Source: an uncultured bacterium (GTDB lineage: Bacteria; Krumholzibacteriota; Krumholzibacteriia; LZORAL124-64-63). Taken from it: 64,000 nt of DNA. Of the stretch, positions 11,201 through 20,438 are shown piece by piece. The DNA lies in the NCBI GenBank assembly GCA_963727525.1, contig CAVSGO010000003.1, positions 384,001-448,000 of the forward strand. The letters run 5' to 3'. Below the pieces are notes generated by a model, which did not search any database, was not told where the DNA came from, and saw nothing but the letters and a program-made list of their open reading frames with translations. The translations under genes and the position numbers were made by a program. The first letter of the stretch is position 1. Each line of letters opens with the position of its first letter.

Positions 11201-11996
11201 CGGCTATTACGACGACGGCTCGCCGCTGGGCACCCATCGCGACACGGAGTGCCGTATCGATGCGCTGGTGCAGGCATGGTCGGTACTCTCGGGCGTGGCC
11301 GCGCCGGAGCGCGCAGCGCAGGTGATGGACGCCGTGGAGGAACATCTGATCAGCGAGCCCGAGCGACTCATCCGCCTGCTCACGCCCCCGTTCGTCGACA
11401 CACCGCACGACCCCGGCTACATCAAGGGTTACGTGGCCGGCGTGCGGGAGAACGGCGGCCAGTACACACACGCCGCGCTCTGGGTGGTGCGCGCCATGGC
11501 GACGTTACGCCGGCGCGATCGGGCCGCGGCGCTGCTCGATCTGCTCAACCCGGTGCTCCATGCAACCACGCCGGCCGACGTCGCGCACTATCAGGTGGAG
11601 CCGTACGTCGTGGCGGCCGATGTCTACGGCGCCGCGCCTCACGTGGGCCGGGGCGGCTGGACGTGGTACACGGGCTCGTCGGGTTGGATGCTGCGGGTCG
11701 CGCTGGAATCGATCCTCGGGCTGCGGGTCGAGGGCGGCGACACGCTTGTGCTCGATCCCTGCGTTCCCGACGCCTGGCCGCAGTTCGCCATCGACTGGCG
11801 CGTTCCTGGCTCGGCGACACGGTATCGCATCCGGGTGACCAATCCCGACGCCTGCAGCGAGGCCGTGGTCGCGATCACGGTGGACGGCTCTCCGATCGAC
11901 CCCGTGACCGGATGTCTGCGCGTGCCGCTGCGGCGCGACGGACAGGCCCACGCGGTTGCCGTGACCCTCGGCGCCGCGGGAAGGAGCACGCCATGA
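8286..11996 (+). CDS. GH94 glycoside phosphorylase resembling the C-terminal half of cyclic beta-1,2-glucan synthase (Cgs/NdvB); start could be GTG near 8331
   Basis: Two GH94 N-terminal-like domains (HPVFSKLFLQT, ETDRTRFIGRG; PWVNVIAN, NSRENRLTPWSND) and catalytic motifs FYQSGGAFGFRDQLQD, GDWNDGMN, ENGGQYTH, GGWTWYTGS. Confidence 0.9.
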   Translation: MSPSRPTVRNSPRSTVMPPSRPVAGFEASVGVLANRAGTYTALVTAGGTGFSTCRGTLLTSASPAGAGLALWVRDRDDGGFWRVGADATCLHWEPGVATLTFAVAGFEATMAVAVDPDATRECRRLTLTNRSDRPRRIDVTSCAEVVLHAPAAHAAHPVFSKLFLQTAFADDVLVVRRRARDPHESTPWLAHACHGPGALSIETDRTRFIGRGFTREAPRALVESTPLSGTVGNVLDPVVSLRRILTLAPSEAATFDFVLSCGTTRAEALRLAGTDHTVNMLARARDAAVAAVSRRGASVADVATDQALAAAMLMGRRELLADADVRARVTGERGDLACLGLDPARPHAVLHADTPRGAALVPRLLGALATWRDLGLPIQLAIVGEADVATPGVVVLAPSSLGSGDRDRLEAFADLIVCDALPAVSHASEAPVARSRCSEGVRPAGPRLFDNGFGGFSSDGREYVITVAAGEDGRLRLPPQPWVNVIANDGFGCLVSETGAGTTWCGNSRENRLTPWSNDPLLDPPSEIFILHDPQTDTAFSCFPAPRPGPGSYEVRHGFGYTRCGFAGDGLRTTTLVFIHREHPVRITRVRVTNDGPEPRRLTLRAAYHLDMGDARFIVTDTDGVSGAAVARNPLAGDFSGQVAFAAVVGDEHAIAIREDIPAGAARLAHAVDLAVPPGATADVACLFGQAADVAAVRRLLEDLDSLDACDVAWQCARDFWRDGLGGLRVATPSPALDIMVNGWLGYQTLSCRIRGRTAFYQSGGAFGFRDQLQDAVALTALWPEVARAQILRNAAHQFVEGDVMHWWHPPRSRGIRTRFADDLVWLPFLTMQYVQATGDAALFDETAPYLTARALETGEDEAFLTPSVAAESGTVYDHCCRALDRALTRGAHGLPLFGSGDWNDGMNRVGREGRGESVWMGFFLAAAIDGFVSECERRGDRARAQHYHAYREDVARALDTSGWDGGWYLRGYYDDGSPLGTHRDTECRIDALVQAWSVLSGVAAPERAAQVMDAVEEHLISEPERLIRLLTPPFVDTPHDPGYIKGYVAGVRENGGQYTHAALWVVRAMATLRRRDRAAALLDLLNPVLHATTPADVAHYQVEPYVVAADVYGAAPHVGRGGWTWYTGSSGWMLRVALESILGLRVEGGDTLVLDPCVPDAWPQFAIDWRVPGSATRYRIRVTNPDACSEAVVAITVDGSPIDPVTGCLRVPLRRDGQAHAVAVTLGAAGRSTP

Positions 11997-13342
11997 CGCG
12001 CTTCCCCGACGGGTTCCTCTGGGGCGCCGCCACCTCCGCCTACCAGATCGAGGGCTCGCCCCTCGCCGACGGCGCGGGGCCGAGCAACTGGCACGTCTTT
12101 GCCCACACGCAGGGGCGTATCGCCAGCGGCGATACCGGCGACGTGGCCTGCGACCACTACCGCCGCTGGCACGACGACATCGCCCTGATGCGCGAGCTGG
12201 GGCTGAACACATACCGCTTCAGCCTGAGCTGGAGCCGGATCCTTCCTGCCGGCACGGGCTCGGTGAATGCGCGTGGGCTCGATTTCTACGAGCGCCTCGT
12301 CGATGGTCTGCTGGCGGCGGGGCTCGCACCGCTGCCGACGTTGTTCCACTGGGACTTGCCCGCGGCTCTCGATGAGCGGGGCGGCTGGGTCAACCGCGAC
12401 AGCGCCGCCTGGTTCGCCGACTACGCGCATCTCGTGGCCGGGCGGCTTGCCGACCGTGTTCCCCGCTGGGTGACGTTGAACGAGCCGTGGGTGGTCGTCG
12501 ACGGCGGCTACGTGCACGGTGCGCACGCGCCCGGGCACGCCAGCCTCCTTGAAGCGCCCCAGGCCACGCACAACCTGCTGCGGGCGCACGGCGAGGCCGT
12601 GCCGGCCCTGCGCGCCGCCGGGGCGCGCGAGGTGGGCATCGTCGTCAACATCGAACCCAAGGATCCGGCGAGCGGCCGGCCCGACGATCTCGCGGCGACC
12701 CAGCGTGCCGACGCCTACATGAATCGCCAGTACCTCGACCCGCTCTTCTTCGGCCAGTACCCCGAGGAGATGGTCGAGATCTTCGGGCGTTACTGGCCAC
12801 GCCACGATCCGGCCGACTTCGCGGTCATCGGTACTCCCATCGACTTCCTCGGCCTGAACTATTACACGCGTGCCGTCACCCGCTACGATCGCGCCGCGCC
12901 CCCGGTGCACGCTGCCAAGATCAATCCGCCGGGTGCGCCCCTGACGAAGCTGGACTGGGAAGTCCATCCCGAGAGCCTGCGGCGCGCGTTGCACTGGCTG
13001 AAGGACCGCTACGGAGACCGGCCCCTCTACATCACCGAGAACGGTGCCGCGTACGATGATCCCGAACCCGACGCGCAGGGCCGCGTGCGCGATCCACTGC
13101 GCACGGCGTACTACTGCGAACATCTGCGCGCCGTCCACGCCGCCATCGTCGAGGGCGTGGACGTTCGCGGCTACTACGCCTGGTCCCTGCTCGACAATTT
13201 CGAGTGGGCCTGCGGGTACGCCATGCGCCTGGGCCTCGTGCATGTGGATTTCGCGACCCAGGCGCGCACGATCAAGGACAGCGGCCAGTACTATCGTGAC
13301 GTCATCGCCAGCCAGGGCGCGTTGCTCGACGAGGAGCGCTGA
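11993..13342 (+). CDS. GH1 beta-glucosidase
   Basis: MTRFPDGFLWGAATSAYQIEG, TLNEP (acid/base), ITENG (nucleophile), WSLLDNFEW; ATGA overlap with GH94. Confidence 0.95.
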   Translation: MTRFPDGFLWGAATSAYQIEGSPLADGAGPSNWHVFAHTQGRIASGDTGDVACDHYRRWHDDIALMRELGLNTYRFSLSWSRILPAGTGSVNARGLDFYERLVDGLLAAGLAPLPTLFHWDLPAALDERGGWVNRDSAAWFADYAHLVAGRLADRVPRWVTLNEPWVVVDGGYVHGAHAPGHASLLEAPQATHNLLRAHGEAVPALRAAGAREVGIVVNIEPKDPASGRPDDLAATQRADAYMNRQYLDPLFFGQYPEEMVEIFGRYWPRHDPADFAVIGTPIDFLGLNYYTRAVTRYDRAAPPVHAAKINPPGAPLTKLDWEVHPESLRRALHWLKDRYGDRPLYITENGAAYDDPEPDAQGRVRDPLRTAYYCEHLRAVHAAIVEGVDVRGYYAWSLLDNFEWACGYAMRLGLVHVDFATQARTIKDSGQYYRDVIASQGALLDEER

Positions 13343-13365
13343 CCACCGTCTGGTCCGGACAGAGA

Positions 13366-13395
13366 AAGGCCGGTCGGGATCTCCCGGCCGGCCTT
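13366..13395. terminator. Hairpin between convergent genes, probable bidirectional terminator
   Basis: AAGGCCGGTCGGGA/TCCCGGCCGGCCTT stem with one G-U pair. Confidence 0.65.
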
Positions 13396-13416
13396 CGTAT
13401 GTGCGGGCGAGGGATG

Positions 13417-14280
13417 TCAGTCCAGGAGCACACCGTCGCTGAGGCGGCAGTGGTACAGATTGCCGTCCATCGTCAGCGTACCCTCGCCGTCGCCGAAGAC
13501 GATCGAGAAGGTGCGCTCGATGTGCTGCTCGAGGTAGTCGTCGCCCCGCTCGATGGTGATGTCGGCCACGTAGGTGCCGTTCACGGTGCCGGAGATGGCC
13601 TGGCTGTAGTCGCGGCCGGCGCCCCGGGGCACGACCACGTCCATCAGTTCGAGGCCGAGCTGGCCGGCGTGGGTGCGGGAGAAGCGCGGCGTCTCGAGGT
13701 GGTTGGTGGCGGCCCGGGCGTAGGTGCCGTTCACCGTCAACCAGTCGGTGTTCACGCCGGTGACCACGAAGGAACCCTCGAGGGAATCGAGCGACTGCTC
13801 CACGCGGCGGGTGCGGTGCACGCCCGAACCGGAGAGGATGTCGAAATCCACCGTTGTGGCGGTGTCGCCGTCGACGATACGGAACTGCTGCGGATCGCCG
13901 GCCGCATCGAGGAAGCGCAACGTGTACAGGCGCGAGATGGACGCATAGGGTACGCCATCCGGATTGCCGCGCTCACGCTCGACGGTGATCGTCCACGTGC
14001 CGGTCGTCTCGTCGTAGTTCGCTTCACGGAAGCGGTCGTTCACGAAGTCCTTCGCCGCATTCAGGCCACCCACCGCGGTGGCGAGGTCGGCCATCTGGTC
14101 GGTGAGGCCGCCGTCGTCGGCGCCCAGGTCGCTGGCGACGACCTCGGCCGTGTCGGTGTCGGGGGTGATGGAGGTGGATCCGGTGGGCGACATCGGATCG
14201 TCGTCCTTGCTGCAGCCCGCCATGACGAGGGCGAAGGCCAGGAGGGCGAGTACGGTTGCGAGCCTGGGGTTCTTCAACAT
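13417..14280 (-). CDS. Hypothetical lipoprotein
   Basis: MLKNPRLATVLALLAFALVMAG-C lipobox followed by acidic SKDDD; beta-rich body. Confidence 0.8.
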   Translation of the reverse strand: MLKNPRLATVLALLAFALVMAGCSKDDDPMSPTGSTSITPDTDTAEVVASDLGADDGGLTDQMADLATAVGGLNAAKDFVNDRFREANYDETTGTWTITVERERGNPDGVPYASISRLYTLRFLDAAGDPQQFRIVDGDTATTVDFDILSGSGVHRTRRVEQSLDSLEGSFVVTGVNTDWLTVNGTYARAATNHLETPRFSRTHAGQLGLELMDVVVPRGAGRDYSQAISGTVNGTYVADITIERGDDYLEQHIERTFSIVFGDGEGTLTMDGNLYHCRLSDGVLLD

Positions 14281-14331
14281 GATCGTCCATCCCTTTTCTG
14301 GAGGTCCCATTTTCGCGCACGGCATCTCCTC

Positions 14332-14347
14332 TGCAAGGATCCGACCA
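14332..14347 (-). promoter_or_regulatory. Possible sigma54 promoter of the lipoprotein gene
   Basis: Minus strand TGGTCGG-ATCC-TTGCA has the GG-N10-GC spacing, about 50 nt upstream of the ATG. Confidence 0.35.
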
Positions 14348-14886
14348 CGCGCGCGGCAGTGCGCCGGGATAGCTTGCAATTCGTTTTGACGAAATAGTTT
14401 GTAAATGTAGAGCGGCGACGGTGGAGCTTCGGTGACCGTCCGGCATGCCCGCAATCCGTACGTGCAGGTACGGCTCCGCACCCCGGCGACCATGCCGCCA
14501 GACGCCGGCATTTCGTATGAGGGAAGTCCTCGTCCAACAAGCCCGGCTCCTTCCCATACCCGGAAATGTCGCACGCCTCTATCGTGTGCATCGACGGCGC
14601 CCGGCATGGAGATCTCCGCCGGCGCAGGGCGTCAACGCCATCCGCGACACGCTGGACCCGCGCGACATGTCCATCAAGTTCGTAGTGTTCCGGCAACGTG
14701 TCCTCTTCCCCACCGACGTCGTCGTGTCAATGAGATGATCGTCCGATGGACCGGTGCTTGAATCCCGAGGTGCGTCGAGAGTAGAATCGCCGCCGCACGG
14801 CGCCCCGGGAACCGGGAACACCTGGTTCCCGCTTCCTCGCGGCGCCGCCACGGCATCGTGCACAATTCGAACGGGAGCGACGCGAC

Positions 14887-16182
14887 GTGTTTTCCTCGGT
14901 GCAACGACTCGGGACGGCCATCACCGAGCGCTCGCGGCTTGCGCTGGCCGGGCTGTTCGTCTCCGGCCTGGTGCTCCGGGTCGCCGTGGTCCTGCTGCGC
15001 AAGACGTATTTGCTGGATTTTCGCGGCACGGATCACGGATCCATCGCCTACAGCGTGGCCGATGGTGCCGGCTACGTGTACCACGGGTTTCCCACCAGCT
15101 ACTTCGGCCCGCTATTCACTTACCTCTGGGCAGGTTTGCTACACTGGCTCGGACCTGACCATGGCGAACTCGCGCTCGAGCTCGTGAACGCCGTCTGCCT
15201 GGCCACCGCGCCGTTGCTGCTGTACGTGTTCGGACGGCTCACGTTCACGCGCGGAGTGGCGCTGCTTGCGGCCGCCTGGCTCGCGTTCTATCCGGAATTC
15301 CTGATCCTTCCCAGCACCATGTTCGCGGCGAGCGTCCTGGTGTTCCTCTGGTGCGCCGTGCTGGCTCTCTATGCGTGGAGCCAGCGAAACGAGGGCCCGC
15401 ACCTCGCCATCGCGCTGGCGCTCGGCGTCGTCGTGGGAGCCATGATCCTCACGAAGGGACGCATGGCGGAGTTCGCGTGCCTGCTCGTAGGCGGGCTGGC
15501 CTGGCGTGGGTGGCACTCCGTCGCGCGCCGTGGACGCTGGCTGCTCGCCGCCGCGGTGGTCGTGCTCGGCGCCGGAGTCGTGGTCGCTCCCTGGACGATC
15601 CGCAATCTGCGCGTCCACGACCGTCTGGTGCTCTTCGAGTCCTCCTTCGGCTACAATCTCTGGCTGGGTCACAACGGCGATGCGACGGGCACCGGCAAGG
15701 CGCAACTCGGTGCATCGAACTTCAGCGATCGGGACGGGTCCGCGGTCGGCTTCACGCCCCCGCCCGCCATGGAGGCAGAGCTTGCGGGAGCCGGCAGCGA
15801 GATGGCGCGGGACGATATCTATCGCCGGCACGCGATGGCCGACATCCGTGCCCGCGGGCTCGGCGAGATTGGCCTGTCGCTGCGCAAGGTCGCCTATGCC
15901 TGGCTACTCGATCCCACCAACAGCCTGGTTCGCAGCCCCGTCTACTGGTTGCCCTGGTTCGTCACGCTGGCGTGCTTCCTCGGCGGACTCGTGTATCGTG
16001 TCGTGAGCGAGGGGCGACGGGATGTGCTGCTCTGGCTCATGTTCCTGGTCTGGACGGCGACCCAGGTGGTGTTCTTCGTGATCCCACGTCTGCGGTATCC
16101 CATCTATCCCCTCGTGTTCCTTCTCGCCGCGTACGGCGTGGTCGCGCTCTTCACGCGCCGATTCCGCGGCGCGCCAGCATAG
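14887..16182 (+). CDS. GT-C (ArnT/PMT, GT39/83-like) membrane glycosyltransferase
   Basis: Many TM helices; AWLAFYP, PWTIRN...GYNLWLGHN, RLRYPIYP motifs. Confidence 0.75.
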   Translation: MFSSVQRLGTAITERSRLALAGLFVSGLVLRVAVVLLRKTYLLDFRGTDHGSIAYSVADGAGYVYHGFPTSYFGPLFTYLWAGLLHWLGPDHGELALELVNAVCLATAPLLLYVFGRLTFTRGVALLAAAWLAFYPEFLILPSTMFAASVLVFLWCAVLALYAWSQRNEGPHLAIALALGVVVGAMILTKGRMAEFACLLVGGLAWRGWHSVARRGRWLLAAAVVVLGAGVVVAPWTIRNLRVHDRLVLFESSFGYNLWLGHNGDATGTGKAQLGASNFSDRDGSAVGFTPPPAMEAELAGAGSEMARDDIYRRHAMADIRARGLGEIGLSLRKVAYAWLLDPTNSLVRSPVYWLPWFVTLACFLGGLVYRVVSEGRRDVLLWLMFLVWTATQVVFFVIPRLRYPIYPLVFLLAAYGVVALFTRRFRGAPA

Positions 16183-16193
16183 AGGAGGCAGCC

Positions 16194-17102
16194 ATGTCCA
16201 TCCGCCCAGTGAAGCGCATCATCCAGGCGCGACCCACGCTCGAAGGCGCTGGTGTGCATCTGCGACGCGCGTTCGGTTTCGGCGAGACCTCCGACTTCGA
16301 CCCGTTCCTGCTGCTCGACGACTTCCGCAACGAGGTGCCGGCCGACTACCTCGCGGGATTTCCGTGGCATCCGCACCGCGGCATCGAGACGATCACCTAC
16401 GTCCTCGCCGGCGAGGTGGAGCACGGCGACAGCATGGGCAATCGCGGCGTGATCGGCGCCGGCGACGTGCAGTGGATGACGGCCGGCCGCGGCATCATCC
16501 ACCAGGAGATGCCCAAGGGCGATTCGAACGGCCGCATGCACGGTTTCCAGCTCTGGGCGAACCTTCCGGCCTCGCTCAAGATGACCGAGCCGCGCTACCA
16601 GGAGATCAAGGCCGACGACGTTCCCGAGATCGTGGACGACGACGGCACGCGCGCGCGCCTGGTCTGCGGCCGATTATGGGGCATACGCGGCCCTGTGGAG
16701 GGTATCGCCACCGATCCGGTGTACGTGGACGTTTCGGTGCCTCCGGGCAAGCGCAAGACCCTGCCCGTGGAGACCACGAGCCACGCCTTCGCGTACGTTT
16801 TCGGCGGTACGGGCAAGTTTTGCAACGCGTCGGGTCCGCTGGCCGTGCCCACCGAGAGCGTCGGCCGGCACGACACCCATCCCCCCACCCAGGCCGACAA
16901 TCGCTCGCTCATCCTCTTCGATCGCGGCGACGAGGTCACCGTGCAGGCCGGCGATGACGGCATCCGCTTCCTGCTCGTGTCGGGCCGCCCGCTGCGCGAG
17001 CCGGTGGCCTGGCGCGGCCCCATTGTCATGAACTCCCAGGACGAGTTGCGGCAGGCGTTCAGCGAGCTGGAGCAAGGGACGTTTCTGAAGAACGAAGGGT
17101 GA
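16194..17102 (+). CDS. Pirin family protein
   Basis: EGAGV, DPFLLLD, FPWHPHRGIETITY, QWMTAGRGIIHQEMP, GPIVMN; GAGGAGG RBS. Confidence 0.95.
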   Translation: MSIRPVKRIIQARPTLEGAGVHLRRAFGFGETSDFDPFLLLDDFRNEVPADYLAGFPWHPHRGIETITYVLAGEVEHGDSMGNRGVIGAGDVQWMTAGRGIIHQEMPKGDSNGRMHGFQLWANLPASLKMTEPRYQEIKADDVPEIVDDDGTRARLVCGRLWGIRGPVEGIATDPVYVDVSVPPGKRKTLPVETTSHAFAYVFGGTGKFCNASGPLAVPTESVGRHDTHPPTQADNRSLILFDRGDEVTVQAGDDGIRFLLVSGRPLREPVAWRGPIVMNSQDELRQAFSELEQGTFLKNEG

Positions 17103-17112
17103 CCTGGACCCG

Positions 17113-18537
17113 TCACTCCCCGAACGTGATCGGCGTCAACACCGTCACCGGCCCCCGGCCGAGCGCCTCCAGATCGGCCATGCCTCCGGCTGGGCGCCCC
17201 ACGACGAGGACCACCGGCGCCGGGCCGAAATCCGTCCACTCCCGCACGTGGGCCGCGACGTCGGCGGCGTCGACGGCGAGGTAACGCTCGACCAGATCCT
17301 GACTGTAGTGTGGCGGCAGGCCCGAGGCGATGTCCCGCAGGATCATCTCGACCACGGCCCCGGCCGTCTCCATGTGATTGATCAAGCCGCCGGCGAAGAA
17401 GGTGCGGCAGCCGCTCACCTCGTCGACGCCCAGCGGTCGTACGCGCACGCTGGCGAGGGCATCTTCGACGGTGCGGAAGAGGGCCGGCACGTTCTCGGCA
17501 GCGGTGCTGCCGAACATCACGAGTTCCGTACGCTCGCGGCCGATATCGAGACGGACGGCCGTGCCGTACGACAGGCCCGCCTGACGCGTCGCGAAGTACA
17601 CCCGCAGGAACCCGACGCCGTAGCTGTGGACCTGGGCGATGGGGAACTCGGGCGAGGTGCGTTTGAGGTCGTCGAGGAGGCGCCCCATGCGCACGTGGCA
17701 CTGCTCGAAGTCGCCAGGCAACCAGTACACGCCTGGCGCGGTGACCGGTTGCCATGGCCACAAGGTGAGTGGCGCCGGCGCCCGATCCCCGTGCCAGTCG
17801 CCGCAGAGTTGTTCGAGGCGCGCCAGCGCGTCGGCCAGCGTGACGTCGCCCGCGATGCCGATCACGGTGTGCACCGGCACCACGAACCTTGCATGCAGAG
17901 CGACGAGATCGTCGCGCGTGACGGCGTCGATCTCGCTGCGACCTGGCGTGTGGCCGCCGGGAGTGTCGGGCCCGTAGAGCAGGCGCGCGAACCACGTGGT
18001 GGCCAGGCGGTCCGGATCGTCGTTGATGGCGCGGTAGTCCTTGATGAGCTGGGCCTTCGCGCGCTCGAGGCGTTCGGCATCCCAGCGCGGCGCGCGCAGC
18101 AGGTCGTACCACAGCGCGAGGCCAGCATCGAGATCGGCGCTCGTGAGATAGGCCGTCACCGCGCCCACGCTCTCCCCGGCGTAGGCCGAGAGCGTGACGC
18201 CGTTCGCCGCCGTCGCCGAGTCCACCGCTGCCGGCGACAGCGCACCGGCACCGCCCTCGTCCCAGACGCGGGAGAGGAGCCGGTAGGCGGCGCGGTCGGC
18301 AGGGGCCAGGTAGCGCGAGCCCATGGACACGTGCGCGGAGAGCGTGACGATGGGCACGTCGTGGTTCTCGAAGACGAGCACGCGGATACCGTTGCTCAGC
18401 GTGGTGTCCACGGGCGTGGGAGCGTGCAGCGTGAGCGGTGGCAACGCGAGCTCGCGCGGGTCGCGCGGCGTGTCCGAAGCTGCCAGCAAGGGCGACGCCG
18501 CGACGAGGACGGTCAGGACCAGTAGCCGGCGGCTCAT
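17113..18537 (-). CDS. M16 family peptidase, non-catalytic subunit
   Basis: TLSNGIRVLV, LYGPDTP, GLSYG; no HxxEH; signal peptide. Confidence 0.85.
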   Translation of the reverse strand: MSRRLLVLTVLVAASPLLAASDTPRDPRELALPPLTLHAPTPVDTTLSNGIRVLVFENHDVPIVTLSAHVSMGSRYLAPADRAAYRLLSRVWDEGGAGALSPAAVDSATAANGVTLSAYAGESVGAVTAYLTSADLDAGLALWYDLLRAPRWDAERLERAKAQLIKDYRAINDDPDRLATTWFARLLYGPDTPGGHTPGRSEIDAVTRDDLVALHARFVVPVHTVIGIAGDVTLADALARLEQLCGDWHGDRAPAPLTLWPWQPVTAPGVYWLPGDFEQCHVRMGRLLDDLKRTSPEFPIAQVHSYGVGFLRVYFATRQAGLSYGTAVRLDIGRERTELVMFGSTAAENVPALFRTVEDALASVRVRPLGVDEVSGCRTFFAGGLINHMETAGAVVEMILRDIASGLPPHYSQDLVERYLAVDAADVAAHVREWTDFGPAPVVLVVGRPAGGMADLEALGRGPVTVLTPITFGE

Positions 18538-20078
18538 GATCCACCTCCCGTATCCGCGGCGGGTTCGAGCGTGACGACCGTTGCCCGCTCCGGACGCAGC
18601 ATTTCCCGGGCGAGCTGCGTGACCTCGGCGGCCGTGACCGCGTTCACGCGGTCTCTCATCGCCCACGCCGCCTGCCATGAGCCGTACAGGCCTTGCCATT
18701 TCGCGAGCAGCTCGGCGAGGTCGGCATTCTTCTGCAGGCCGAACGCGAAATCGCGCCGGTACACGCGACGCAGCTCGTCGAGGCGCGCGTCGGTGACCGG
18801 ATCCTTCTGCAAGCGCGCCAGCTCCTCCCAGATCATGGCCTCGACGGCCTCGTTCGTGGCGTCGGGCATGAGTGTCGCCTCGATGACGAACAGGCCGGGG
18901 TAGCGCTCGAATCCCCCCGTGGCCCAGGCATGGACGGTGCGTGCCACGCCTTCGTTCAGGTCGAGTCGGTGATCCAGTCGGCTCGTGTTGCCGCGCGCGA
19001 GCACGCCGGACAGAAGTGTGGCTGCCGGCATGCGCGGATCGTCGATGGCCACGCTCGGAAACGCGATGAGCACCTCGCGCTCGGTGCCCTGGTGATGCAC
19101 GGCGCGCCGCTGTGCCGTGGGCTCCGGTTCCACGGTGGAGGGACCCGTCGGCGCCGGACCGGCCGGGATATCGCCGAAATACCGCTCGAGCATCTCGCGC
19201 GCCCGCGCCGGATCGAAATCGCCCACGAGCGCGCCCACCATGTTCGACGGGGTGTAGTAGCGCTCGTAGAAGGCGTGGATCATGCGCGGATTGAGCGCGT
19301 CGAGATCGCGCATGGTCCCGATCGTGGGATTGCCGTAAGGGTGCTGCGTGAAGGCCGTCTGCATGAGCATCTCCCACGCGGCGCCGTCGGGGTCGTCTTC
19401 CGTGCGCTGCCGCCGCTCTTCCTTGACCACGTCCAGCTCGCTGTAGAATTCGCGGAACACCGGATGCTGGAGGCGCTCGCTCTCCATCAGCATCCACACC
19501 TCGAGGTTGTTGCTTGGCAGGTCGGTCTCGTACATCGTCACATCGACGTTCGTGTACGCATTGTAGTTCGTCGTGTACTGGTCATAGAGACGGGCCCAGG
19601 CATTGGGCTCCACATTCTCGTCCGCCCGCTCTTCCAGCGCGGACACGCGGGTGCGAAGCGCGGCGATCCGGGTGGAGTCGGAGTCGGCGCGGACCGCGGC
19701 CGTGAGGTCGTCGCCCACCAGCATCACCGAATCCAGGACCGCGGCCTCGAGCGCGGGATCGACCACCCCGATGGCATCCGTACCCTTGAACGCCATGTGC
19801 TCGAACATGTGTGCGAGCCCCGTCGCGCCCTCGGGATTGTCGACGTTGCCCACCCGCACCAGGATACGCCCCGAGATCAGCGGCACCTCATGACGAGGCA
19901 GCAGCACGAACTGCATCCCGTTTTTCAGGGTGACCAGCTCGATGTGCCGGAATACGGGGGGGTAGTCGGTGGCAGGCGCGGGTGGCGCCGTGTTCGCGGC
20001 GGGATGACGGGAGCAGCTCGCGATGAAGACCAGTGTGGTGCCGAGCAAGGCGATGCGCACGATCGCACGTGACGACAT
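18534..20078 (-). CDS. M16 family zinc peptidase, catalytic subunit (lipoprotein)
   Basis: GLAHMFEHMAFKGT (HxxEH), NAYT, VVKEERR, HPYG, YYTPSN; lipobox IAS-C; GGAGGT RBS. Confidence 0.92.
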   Translation of the reverse strand: MSSRAIVRIALLGTTLVFIASCSRHPAANTAPPAPATDYPPVFRHIELVTLKNGMQFVLLPRHEVPLISGRILVRVGNVDNPEGATGLAHMFEHMAFKGTDAIGVVDPALEAAVLDSVMLVGDDLTAAVRADSDSTRIAALRTRVSALEERADENVEPNAWARLYDQYTTNYNAYTNVDVTMYETDLPSNNLEVWMLMESERLQHPVFREFYSELDVVKEERRQRTEDDPDGAAWEMLMQTAFTQHPYGNPTIGTMRDLDALNPRMIHAFYERYYTPSNMVGALVGDFDPARAREMLERYFGDIPAGPAPTGPSTVEPEPTAQRRAVHHQGTEREVLIAFPSVAIDDPRMPAATLLSGVLARGNTSRLDHRLDLNEGVARTVHAWATGGFERYPGLFVIEATLMPDATNEAVEAMIWEELARLQKDPVTDARLDELRRVYRRDFAFGLQKNADLAELLAKWQGLYGSWQAAWAMRDRVNAVTAAEVTQLAREMLRPERATVVTLEPAADTGGGS

Positions 20079-20150
20079 GAATACCTCCTGGCCCCCCGGA
20101 AGCGGTGGGGCGAGTGTGCCACAGCTAGCGACGTGGTCAAGGCGAGAGAC

Positions 20151-20291
20151 GTGCCAAGAAGAATGTTGATGGCCCAGTCTGTGATACGATATAAAATATA
20201 TGCACACATAATATCAACGTAATCGGCCCAATGGCACCTTGATTCGACTGATGCTCGCCGTTCGCGGCCCCATCAACATTCTTCAAGGCAC
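20151..20291. mobile_element. 141-bp MITE-like element sharing terminal inverted repeats with the IS at 47542-48764
   Basis: Left GTGCCAAGAAGAATGTTGATGG (20151-20172) and right CCATCAACATTCTTCAAGGCAC (20270-20291) are complementary at 20/22 positions; AT-rich interior. Confidence 0.8.
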
Positions 20292-20438
20292 ATCGGAACT
20301 GGCGCATCGGCGCTGTCCTGGCTATGTTAGCGCCGCGGGCAGCCCGGAATCATCTTCCGCGCCGACCCTAACGGACCTACCCGTCGGATCTGTCGAGCTG
20401 AGAGTGACTTGGCTCAATGGAGCCAAGGAGCACGAAGT

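Noticed and set aside
11093-11992. Long N-terminal extensions on GH1 (and similarly on pirin, the M16 subunit, permeases and the nonaheme cytochrome ORFs)
   Set aside because: They overlap upstream genes; better starts with RBS or ATGA/GTGA coupling lie downstream.
14400-14880. Possible small gene or remnant (GVNAIRDTLDPRDMSIKFVVF) in a 600-bp intergenic gap
   Set aside because: Only a vague resemblance to permease or cupin tails; no RBS or convincing motif.
20151-20172. GTGCCAAGAAGAATGTTGA as a dif/Xer site or CRISPR repeat
   Set aside because: Lacks the 11-6-11 dif layout; copies are inverted pairs rather than a spaced direct array.
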